Assembly (NCBI RefSeq): GCF_001194135.2
Contig: NC_069001.1
Span: 34,088,765 to 34,134,032, forward strand
DNA from: Octopus bimaculoides
Taxonomy: Eukaryota
Reading direction: 5' to 3'
Length of the DNA: 45,268 nucleotides
A program made the position numbers and the translations under genes. The notes below the pieces were generated by a model. It did not search any database. It saw only the letters and a list, made by a program, of their open reading frames with translations, and was not told the DNA's origin. Position 1 is the stretch's first letter, and each line of letters begins with the position of its first letter. This document shows, in pieces, positions 24,237 to 34,692 of the stretch.

Positions 24237-25737
24237 NNNNNNNNNNNNNNNNNNNNNNNNNNNNNNNNNNNNNNNNNNNNNNNNNNNNNNNNNNNNNNNN
24301 NNNNNNNNNNNNNNNNNNNNNNNNNNNNNNNNNNNNNNNNNNNNNNNNNNNNNNNNNNNNNNNNNNNNNNNNNNNNNNNNNNNNNNNNNNNNNNNNNNNN
24401 NNNNNNNNNNNNNNNNNNNNNNNNNNNNNNNNNNNNNNNNNNNNNNNNNNNNNNNNNNNNNNNNNNNNNNNNNNNNNNNNNNNNNNNNNNNNNNNNNNNN
24501 NNNNNNNNNNNNNNNNNNNNNATAGACACACCCATGATGAATATTTTTAGCACAAATTTCCCTTATACATATACATAGAGGACTTTGCAATTGTACCTCT
24601 TATAATATTTTAATTAATTGTTGGAAGGAATCTATTACACTTTCATAGTTTTGGGAGAAATGAGGGCACTTCAAAAAACATGTAAGTGAAACATGGCAGA
24701 CAAAGAAGATATTCAAATTTTAGCAGTGAAAGCCGTTCGAAAATTCAAGCCAGTGATAAAATTATAAAATTGTTCACAAATTTTGGATTTTAGTAATAAG
24801 GTATTAAAAAAAAAAAAAAAAAACCCTCTAATTTGCATACTGTCCTATAGGGGAAAAGATATAAAAATTTTAGTTGTGAAAATCAATTTAATTTTAATTT
24901 ATTTGTAATTAGAAAAATAAATAAAGAACATGAGAATAAAATACCAGGCATGGATTCAAATTGCTATAGTTGTAATCCAATTAGTTTGTTTATTGAAAAT
25001 AATTTTGCCAGAGAGGAGAGTATACGAGATGATCAAGATCAGAACCTTTTTAAAGGGTTAAAAGAGTGCTGGAAATATATCATAGCCGTCATTCTTAAAG
25101 TATAAATGCTTTTCATTGGATAATATCAGCCTGGTTTCATTTGATGAAATTGTGAAACTGCCCTAGAGAAATGATAATGGATTTAATCATCTCTTTATCA
25201 CTGGTACAAGCAATAAAAGTCTGTGTTCTGAATTTGATAGGACCTATGAACGACATTTTATAGCACCTAATGCATACCCAGATCAAGTTGAATGTAATTT
25301 GTTTCGCAGTCTTAGCATGTCACTATTGTTTTCAATTAGGGAATATCTTTTACCAGTTTATGATATTTAGTCAAGATTAGATAATTTTATCAGGTGAAGA
25401 TGGTTGCAGTACCAGACTTGAAATACTTTATGCCGCAGATGATGGCTCCATAATGGATGCCAGATCTGTACCATTTTATGTTCTTGCTAGCGCCTCATTG
25501 GTTGGATGTCAGAGCTTTTTACTATTTTTATATTCTAAACACCAGCTGAACGCTTTGCTTACCAAGTCCCAACCATTTTATATTATGAAGAGTATATTGA
25601 TTATTGGTAACAGATTTTTCTAGCCTTTTATATTATAAACAATGGTTGTCATTTAGCTTCAAGCAAAATTTATAATTAAATATATCCCAACCATGACCAT
25701 CCCATCATAATTAATATATATATACATATATATATAT

Positions 25738-26126
25738 GTGGTAAGTAGCTTACTTACCGACCACATGGTCCCGGATTCAGTCCCACTGCATGGCACCTTG
25801 GGCAAGTGTCTTCTACTATAGCCTCGGGCTATAGTAGTGGATTTGGTAGATGGAAACTGGAAGAAGCTCATTGTACATATATATATATATAAATATATAT
25901 ATATGTATGTATGTATGTGTGTTTTTGTTTCACTCCCTCCCCCAACATCACTTGACAACCGATGCTGGTGTGTTTACATCCCCGTAACTTAGTGGTTCGG
26001 CAAAACAAACTCATAGAATAAGTACGAGGCTTACAAAGAATAAGCTCTGGGGGCGATTTGCTCAACTAACGCTGGTGCTCTAGCATGGCCACAGTCAAAT
26101 GACTGAAACAAGTAAAAGTAAAAGAA
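25738..26126 (+). mobile_element. SINE family A, near full length
   Basis: Head, internal (TA)(TG) microsatellite and gactgaaacaagtaaaag tail are all present. Confidence 0.93.
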
Positions 26127-26141
26127 TATATATATATATAT

Positions 26142-28245
26142 CAGGGCGTACACTCTCAGGCATGCAAGGTAAGTGGTGCATGTTCTGTTATTTTTTATCC
26201 ATATCATCGGAATATTAGATAAAATAGTTACTTTTGTTTCAAAGAAACTCCGTCGAGGTGTTTTCAAAATATTCTGCCTCCCCTTCCCCTCTCTCACTGA
26301 CTCGTACGTCTGCTTTGAGAAGACCACGTGACACCCCCTCTCTGTCTCTTTGTTAGTGTAGAATTGTTGCTAACCTCGTTCCACTTTCTGACCCGAACAA
26401 TAGCAATCCCATAATTCCTGAGTTAGCCAACTGAAATGTCGGAATAAACAAAAAATATTATCTGTATTATATTTCTTATTTCAGAAGTAGCTAATTAATT
26501 TTAATTTAATTTAATTTGACTAACGTTATTTTTCCGTTTTGTTGACATTGACTCAGATGCAATTTACTCAGACGCTTACACGTGTGTTTTTATATAAAAG
26601 TAACCTTTTTCAAAATGAGTGTTATAAACAATATTTTTAGAAATAGTTTTTCGAAAAGAGACTTCAATGGAAAACAATTAATTATAAACGGTGGGAGACC
26701 AACACCGAATTTACCTAATTTGTGAAGCTACAACAAGAAATTCACGAGACAATTTCAGGTTAATTTGTATGAAAAGAAAAAATGGTTAACTGGAAGTGCT
26801 ACACTTAATAAATTATTCTCTTGGCCTTGTTTACTTTTTTGCTTAGAAAAGAATGTTTAGAATGATAAAGGTTTTGATGATTTAAATAATTTACATATGG
26901 CTATGCTAAAGCACGAGCGTTCTCAAAGGCATATAAAATCTTTGATAGATCTTAAAATATTCGTGATCCTGTTGAAGCTATGCCAGAACTCTTCAATCTA
27001 TGCAAGTTGATTTTGACAATTCCGTCTACCACTGCTTCTGTAGAGCGATCCTTTTCTGTAGTAAGTAGAGTCGAAATATACCAAAGAAATTCGACAGGAG
27101 AAAGAAGATTGTCTGGGTTAGCACTAATGTCAATTGAAAAAGATTTATTACAACAATTGACGAAAAGAGAAGATTTCTACAAAAATATGATAGATATATT
27201 TGCCCAGAAAGATCGAGGAATTGAATTAATTTATAAATGAGGTAAATAACATTTTAGAACATTAAAAAAAAACTTAATATATTAAAGGGCATATATTGCA
27301 GGTTTTGGTTAGTGTTTGTTATAACGTAAGTTTCGACCTTCTTACATCAGTATTGTTTCGCAGGAGAAATGGTTCGACTTCTTCGTCACACCTAACCTAC
27401 ATAGGTTTTCCTTTCTGTGCTGCTGGGTGTAGTCTATTTACGGCCATAAATAAGTGTCTTGTTTCAATCTCAGAGATGTTGACTTCTGCCACAACAGTTT
27501 TTTTGGGGGTGGTGGTGCTTTTTACAATGTTGAATTTTGGCAGTCTTTCATTGTGTGTGTATTCATGTATATGCGTGTATTTTCAATGTGTGTGCTTGAG
27601 ACGTAGTCTTTTAATATACGGAGTTCAGTAAGTCTTAGAACAGTCTACTTGAGTATCAATAATTTTCCCGGAATTGACAAGTAACATGATAAAGCACCTG
27701 ACTTGTCTTCGAGAGCGTAACTATCTAAAACCATGGCCATATAATGTAACTAAATGTGTTCTCTTTATTAAATCAATTCAAATTGATTCAGCTGAACCAA
27801 TAGGTATAGGGGCTAATGCAGAATCGCACCCCTTTGAAAAACGAATTTTGTGAAATTTTTTTTCGAATTCCTACCTTTAACAGAGATTCCGAATATGCAA
27901 AAATATTAACAGAATCCAATATCATCTTTATTCCATTTCACTTATGATTTTTAAACTTTTTTAAGGGAGAGTGAGGATGGGAAAGTACTGACGTTTCGAA
28001 GAGAGAGAAAAATACAAACAATACACTTATTTCAGGCTCATCTCTACAGCACCGTTTTTTATTCCCTGCTTATTCTAGGTCATACGGGGGTGATTGCATA
28101 TTCAGAATCTCCCACATGTAAACCGTAGGAATACGAAAATTCTTTTACTGAAAAATTGCCAGTGGTGGTNNNNNNNNNNNNNNNNNGGGGGGGGGGGGGA
28201 GAAATTCATTGCATGCCCAACCCCAGAAGTCACCGCACGCCACTG
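26142..28245 (+). mobile_element. hAT DNA transposon, internally deleted (~2.1 kb)
   Basis: Termini cagggcgtac / (rc) cagtggcgtgc; 8-bp TSD atatatat (26134-41) / atatatgt (28246-53); transposase remnants inside. Confidence 0.85.
26615..27240 (+). pseudogene. hAT transposase remnant: TTF-type zinc-finger region fused by deletion to the hAT C-terminal dimerisation domain
   Basis: MSVINNIF...RQFQVNLYEKKKWLTGSATLNKLFSWPCLLF...*NDKGFDDLNNLHMAMLKHERSQRH (2 stops). A frame change then leads to PELFNLCKLILTIPSTTASVERSFS...RLSGLALMSIEKD, which carries the P-x-T-x-A-S-x-E-R-S-F-S hAT motif. The catalytic core is missing. Confidence 0.9.
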
Positions 28246-28789
28246 ATATATGTAATCAACTACAAATAGCCATTATGTCTTATTTTATTGTGCTAGGGTA
28301 TAATTTCAGGGAGATTTTGTTGTTATTTCTAGCAAGTTCAGCAACCATGTAAAGGCTCCATCATTGGGTTGTAAATTGTCTTTTAGTGTCTTAGTGCTGG
28401 ACAGTTAATAAATTTTGTTCTAAATGGTTCCTTCTATGCTGAGTTAAAAGAAAATTTCATTTGCTTGGGCAAAATGCCATTTCTTTTTTATAAGGGAAAA
28501 AATAAAGCTGATTTATCTGTTTCACTATATTTCTGATGTTTATGGTAATAGTCCCAAGAGAATGAAAAACAAAGAACGCCATCTCAAGAATTGAAACCAG
28601 AACATGGTGGTTCCTACTTGATACCATAACCCTAACTCCTCCATTATATACTGTTACTGAATAATTGTAAATATTGATAAGATCATTGACTGATGCTTAT
28701 GTTTAGATAACTTCTTGGTGTGTCTTCAAAAATATTCCAGACATCAGCCAGGTTTTATAGTTCGGTAGAATCTAAGAAAACCACTGCCA

Positions 28790-28995
28790 CCGCCACCATT
28801 TGTTTTCCATGCTGGCATGGGTTGGGTGGTTTGACAGGAGCTGATAGGGGTCAGGTGTCACACCAGGCTCCATTATCTGTTCAGGTATGATTTCTACAGA
28901 TTGGCCTGAAGGTATAGTAGAAGACACTTGCCCAAGGTGCCACGCAGTGCGACTGAACCTGGAAGCAAGGTTCTAACTGCACAGCCATGCCTGTA
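28790..28995 (-). mobile_element. Family D fragment (28790-28905) abutting a SINE A head (28905-28995)
   Basis: ttttccatgctggcatgggttggg...gatttctacag joined to atagtagaagacacttgcccaaggtgccacgcagtg. Confidence 0.8.
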
Positions 28996-29116
28996 TTAAT
29001 ATTAAAAAAAAAATATTCTGTGTATTGTAGAAATATAACCAATTTATTGTGATAAATTTTAACAATATCTTATATGGACCTCTAAGGGCCTCATGGACGC
29101 TGGTTGAGAACCACTG
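28996..29116 (+). mobile_element. hAT-type MITE 3' end
   Basis: Ends ggttgagaaccactg; aligns with 8311-8452. Confidence 0.65.
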
Positions 29117-29439
29117 TTTCACACGAACACTTGAGTTGCTACAAATAACTGCCAAATCTATTGCAAATTAACCCCACGTCTGTCTGTCTCTCTCTTTCTC
29201 TCTTTCTGAATTAAAATAAAATTACATTAAATTCTAAGCTGAGACATAATGATATTTGTGTTTTGATAACCATCTTGATAGAATTCTGATTAAAAAAACA
29301 GATGAAAAGCTTTTATTTTTAAATGCCCAGCCAACCCGTGTCTGCATGGTAAATCACAGACATTAAACAGACAATGCTGCCACTGCTACTATCTTGTGAC
29401 TATTATATTTTGTTAATACACTAACAAACATAACGATCT

Positions 29440-29663
29440 TAAACACACACACACACACACACACACATGCATATACATATATGCACACACACATATGTAT
29501 ACATATATACATACGCACACATACATATATGTATATATATATATATAATATATATAAACATATATATACACACATATATATACATACATACACATATACA
29601 TATATGCATATACACATATATACACACACACATATATGCACATATATACATACACACATTCAC

Positions 29664-29702
<39 letters not shown>

Positions 29703-29996
29703 NNNNNNNNNNNNNNNNNNNNNNNNNNNNNNNNNNNNNNNNNNNNNNNNNNNNNNNNNNNNNNNNNNNNNNNNNNNNNNNNNNNNNNNNNNNNNNNNNN
29801 NNNNNNNNNNNNNNNNNNNNNNNNNNNNNNNNNNNNNNNNNNNNNNNNNNNNNNNNNNNNNNNNNNNNNNNNNNNNNNNNNNNNNNNNNNNNNNNNNNNN
29901 NNNNNNNNNNNNNNNNNNNNNNNNNNNNNNNNNNNNNNNNNNNNNNNNNNNNNNNNNNNNNNNNNNNNNNNNNNNNNNNNNNNNNNNNNNNNNNNN

Positions 29997-30040
<44 letters not shown>
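29440..30040. repeat. Large (CA)/(TA) microsatellite containing an N gap
   Basis: Visible runs. Confidence 0.95.
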
Positions 30041-30042
<2 letters not shown>

Positions 30043-30197
30043 CATTTTGTTTCATATAGACTTAATAACAAATTATTTATCTATAAATATAGTTTTTTTT
30101 CATGAATTCAATTTCCTTATTTAGTGTTAGTTCTTCCTGGTTTATTCAGATAATTTTAAACAATTACTTTCAAGTTACTATCGTGATTATCAACTGT

Positions 30198-30269
30198 GAA
30201 GGCATGTGGCTTGGTGGCATTCAGCTCATGATCGTAAGACCAAGAGTTCAATTCCTGGCAGCGTATTGT
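30198..30269 (+). mobile_element. SINE C head fragment
   Basis: gaaggcatgtggcttggtgg...ctcatgatcgtaag...gagttcaattcctggc. Confidence 0.7.
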
Positions 30270-30354
30270 ATCAAAGCTAAGGTGTTCCATTTAAAGACTC
30301 CTTATGTATCTGAGATATTCACAGTGGTTAACCATGAAGGAAACATAGTTTATT

Positions 30355-30545
30355 TAGGTTGAGTTTCTGTGGTGGCCAGATGCCCTTCCTGTCACCAACC
30401 CTCACTTGTTTCCAAGGGAGGTAATATTTCTCCCATGGCCAGATATGTTTTCATTGGAAATGAAGGGCATGGCTTGTATGTGACACTCATTTATCAATAC
30501 AACTATTACACAATGTCAAGACAAGGAAATGCAAACATATACACA
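30355..30545 (-). mobile_element. Family D-related fragment
   Basis: gtttctgtggtggccagatgcccttcctgtcaccaaccc. Confidence 0.6.
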
Positions 30546-30573
30546 CTCACACTTACACACACACACGTGTTTA

Positions 30574-30967
30574 GGTGTAGCTGTGTGGTAAGAGGTTTGT
30601 TTCCCAACTACAATGTTGTGGATTCAGTCCTACAGGGTGGCAGCTTGGGCAAGTGTCTTCTACTATAGCCTTTGGTTGACCAAAGCCTTGTGAGTGGATA
30701 TGGTTAACAGAAACTGAAAGAATCCTGCTACATATATATATGTATGTCTGTGTATGTATGTATGTGTGTGTGTGTCTCTGTCTGTCTGTCTCTCCTTATG
30801 TCTGTGTTTTCCCCCTCTACTACTTGAAAACTGGTGTTGGTGTGTTTATGTTTCTATAATCTAGCAGTTCATCAAAAGAGACTTATAAAATAAATACCAG
30901 GCTTAAGAAAAGAAAAGAAAGAAAGCATGGCCACAGTCTAATGACTGAAACAAATAGAGAATAAAGG
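30574..30967 (+). mobile_element. SINE family A
   Basis: Head, internal microsatellite and tail are present; part of the 3' half is replaced by (GAAAA)n. Confidence 0.88.
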
Positions 30968-30971
30968 ATTC

Positions 30972-31100
30972 AACGGGTTTCCTTCACTTTCTGTCTACCA
31001 TCTACCAAATCCACTCACAAAGCTTTTGTTGGTCCTGTCATGCAGCAGGATTGAACCTAAACCATATGCTTGAGAATTAAAACATATAACCACACAGTCA
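30972..31100 (-). mobile_element. SINE A 5' fragment, inverted relative to 30574-30967
   Basis: ctaccaaatccactcacaaagctttt...ggattgaacctaaaccat. Confidence 0.75.
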
Positions 31101-31118
31101 CACATACATATATTCTAA

Positions 31119-31333
31119 GGCTGCAAGCTGGCTGAAACATTAGCATGCTGGGCGAAATGCTTAGCAGCATTTCATCTGTCTTTATGTTCTGAGTTCAAAT
31201 TTCACCGAGGTTGACTTTACCTTTCATCCTTTTGGGTTGATAACTTAAGTACGAGTTGCGTACTGGGGTCGATCTAATCGACTAGTCACCTCCCACAAAA
31301 TTTCGAGCCATGTGCCTACAGTACAAAAGAATA
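31119..31333 (+). mobile_element. SINE family B, full length
   Basis: agctggctgaaacattagc A-box region; ctgagttcaaatttcaccgagg B-box; aaaatttcgagccatgtgcctacagt tail. Confidence 0.92.
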
Positions 31334-32239
31334 TACATATATTCTGTATGCGTGCACGTGTGTGCAGTAAGTTATCTCCTGTATCCTATTAAACTGTGTA
31401 GGGCACCATGAATATTTAGCTTTGATGTAGTGGTTTAAAATACATCAGAGCGTTAGATACTTAATTTTTCTCCAAGATGTTAACCAAAGTTGAATTAAAG
31501 GCATAAAGCTTATAATTATGGGCTGCGAAAAATAGGGAGCTACAGTATTCATGCTCCATTCAAAAGGCATTGGAATTATAAGTGAAAATGGCTTCTACTG
31601 AGAAATTGGGTTAGGTTTAAATACATACATTGCATGTATATATATTTATATGTGTGTATATATATACGTGTGTGTGTGTGCGTGTCTATGATATAGGTAT
31701 GTATTGATTGCATGGATGTTTAATGGCTTGGATGTACTCACCAAGGTCTATAGAGAGTGGTTAATGTAATAAAGACATCAAAGCTAAGGCGTTCCATTTA
31801 AAGACTCCTTATGTATCTGAGATATTCACAGTGATTAACCATTAAGGAATCATACTGTAAAGATTCTTTCATCAAAATATTAACAGTTCAAATGTTTCCT
31901 GAGATGGCAGGCATTGTGGTGGTGCAGAAGTGCTTAAAGGAAAGTGTTCTCATTGGTAGGTTTTAAACAGGAATCAGTAAAATGCTTTTGATCCTTTTGT
32001 GCTTTATGGCATTATGCTTAGAATATTATCTCTGATTGAAATACGACCTCTGCTTGGTGTGATAAGATGGTGTTCTAGTCGTTTTATAAACAAACAGGAA
32101 AAGAATTGTTGGGAAGAAATTAACACAGTGGCATAGTTAGAGTTTAAACTGTCTGGGGCAGTCCTCAAGATAGCTCACCCCACGACCTAATAGTGGAGGT
32201 GTGGTGATGATAGTGGAGGGGCTGCCAAAACAACACAAT

Positions 32240-32699
32240 CATCACCACATCATCATCATCATTATTTAACATGTGCCTTTCATGCTGGCATGGGTTGGAC
32301 GATTTGACAGAAGCTGGTCAGGCAGAAGGCTACCTCAGGTTACTGTGTCTGTTTTGGCAGGGTTTTTACGGCTAGATGCCCTTCCTAACACCAACCACTT
32401 TGTAGATATATACATATATCGTTGCGAGTGCCACCTGACTGGCTCCCGTGCTGGTTGCATGTAAAAAGAACCATTCGAGCATGGTCGATGCCAGTACCAC
32501 CTAACTGGTCCTTATGCTGGTGGCATGTAAAAAGCACCCACTACACTCTTAGAATGGTTGGCATTAGGAAGTGCATCCAGCTGTAGAAACATTGCCAGAT
32601 CAGATTGGAGCCTGGTACAGCCTTCTGGCATGCCAGTCCTCAGTCAAACTGTCCCACCCATGCCAGTATGGAAAGCGGATGTTAAATGATGACGATGAT
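32240..32699. mobile_element. Two family D copies head-to-head (32240-32405 minus; 32418-32699 plus), forming a fold-back
   Basis: (CAT)n at the left end and (GAT)n at the right end; the arms are reverse-complementary over ~160 bp. Confidence 0.88.
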
Positions 32700-32753
32700 A
32701 TGTGTGTGTGTGCATACATATATATCTATATATTTGTGTGTGTATATGTATAT

Positions 32754-33068
32754 CTTAAGCCTGGCACTTATCCCATCTACCTCTGTTGCTGAACCACTAA
32801 GTTATGGGGACATGGGGACGTAAATGCACCAACACCGGTTGTCAAGCAGTGGTGGGGAGCAAATACAGAAACAAAGATGCATACACACATACACACACAT
32901 ACATACATACAATGGGCTTCTTTCAGCTTCCGTCCATCTACCATATTCACTGATGGCTTTTGTTGGTCTGAGGCTACAGCAGAAGACACTTGCCCAAGGT
33001 GTCATGTAGTGGGACTGAACCCAGAAACATGTGGTTGAAAAGCAAGCTTTTTACCATACACCCATGCC
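32754..33068 (-). mobile_element. SINE family A lacking its extreme 3' end
   Basis: accaacaccggttgtcaag...gacacttgcccaaggtgtcatgtagtgggactgaaccc. Confidence 0.9.
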
Positions 33069-33689
33069 CCACGTCTACATTTATGGAAGATTTGTATCTT
33101 TTCCACCATTGCGTTCATATGTCCTTCATTTCTTTATATGGCTTTCTCAACTCTAGGGATTTCAGTACATATTCAGTGCTCATACATTTGAGAAACGTAC
33201 TGGTATTTCAATGCTTGCCTTGACCTCTGTGTGTGTGTGAGTGTGTGTGTGTGTGCATGCATGTGCATGTGTACCTCTATTCATTTATGTCTGATTAAAC
33301 CCACAACAGTAAAGTCATTTAACCAGTTTTCTGTAAAGTAATCTGCACCCTCCCTTATGTTTTACTGTGATAACAGAGACAGAGGTGGAGGGAGAGAGAG
33401 AGAGAGTGGATTGGATAAATGTCCTTATGTTAATTACAAAGCAGGGTTGGGTGGACTAAACATTCAAAGTCTGCAGATAACATCATCAATGTGAATGAAG
33501 CTAAATGTTTTGTGTTACAAGTATTAGTTATGGGTGAAATAATAGTGAGACAAAAGCTTTATCATTTGGTCATAGCTGCATTGAATGCGAGAGAGAACAC
33601 TAAATGGTATGCGTTCATTTATATTAGTTTCCTGGTGAATGGTGGGAGGAGTGAAAAAGGACTTGATTTGATAACACAACACATGCATT

Positions 33690-33778
33690 TATGCACACAG
33701 ACACACACAGAGCTGCCTGTCTGTCCGTCTATCTTTCTATAGCTATCTATATGTGTGTATATGTATATATCTATCTAT

Positions 33779-33813
<35 letters not shown>

Positions 33814-33816
33814 TTA

Positions 33817-33847
<31 letters not shown>

Positions 33848-33882
33848 CTGTCTGTCTATCTATTGCTATCTATATGTATATA

Positions 33883-33915
<33 letters not shown>

Positions 33916-33926
33916 TTGTCTGTCTA
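33690..33926. repeat. (CT)n/(TCTA)n/(TCTG)n compound microsatellite
   Basis: Visible runs. Confidence 0.95.
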
Positions 33927-34380
33927 TTCTTTTATTTTTTACTTGTTTCAGTCATTTGACTGTGGCCATGCTGGAGCACCACCTTTAATTGAGCAAATCG
34001 ACCCCAGGACTTATTCTTTGTAAACCTAGTACTTATACTATGAGTCTCTTCTGCCGAACCGCTAAGTTACGGGGNNNNNNNNNNNNNNNNNNNNNNNNNN
34101 NNNNNNNNNNNNNNNNNNNNNNNNNNNNNNNNNNNNNNNNNNNNNNNNNNNNNNNNNNNNNNNNNNNNNNNNNNNNNNNNNNNNNNNNNNNNNNNNNNNN
34201 NNNNNNNNNNNNNNNNNNNNNNNNNNNNNNNNNNNNNNNNNNNNNCTTCTACCAAATCCACTCACAAGGCTTTGGTCAGCCTGAGGCTATAGTAGAAGAC
34301 ACTTGCCCAAGGTGGTATGCAGTGAGACTGAACCCAGAACCATGTGGTTGGTAAGCAAGCTACTTACCACACAGCCACAT
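33927..34380 (-). mobile_element. SINE family A, full length (N gap over the internal microsatellite)
   Basis: Tail 33927-34074 and head 34246-34380. Confidence 0.92.
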
Positions 34381-34385
34381 TAATA

Positions 34386-34656
34386 TTCTTTTATTCTTTT
34401 ACTTGTTTCAGTCATTTGACTGTGGCTACGCTGGAGCACTGCTTTGAAGAGTTTAGTCAAACAAATTGACCCGAGGGTTTTTTTTTTTCAGCCTAGGCCT
34501 CAAATTTGGGGTAAGCAATTAAGTTGATTACATTAATAATAATGATAATAAATACTGGGTTCAACTGCTTTCACTAATTTTTTTCACCCTTCTAAGCAGT
34601 ACCCCTGCATGGCTGCAGTCCAATGACCGAAACAAGTAAAAGATAAAAGACAAAAG

Positions 34657-34657
<1 letters not shown>
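34386..34657. mobile_element. Cluster of SINE fragments: A tail (minus), B piece (minus), A tail (plus)
   Basis: ttttacttgtttcagtcatttgactg at ~34398; gcatggctgcagtccaatgaccgaaacaagtaaaag at ~34607. Confidence 0.7.

Positions 34658-34692
<35 letters not shown>

Noticed and set aside
33479-33609. Open plus-strand exon-like segment (DNIINVNEAKCFVLQ...NTK, ctgcag| ... |gtatgc)
   Set aside because: Weak pyrimidine tract and no recognisable protein; kept out of the features.
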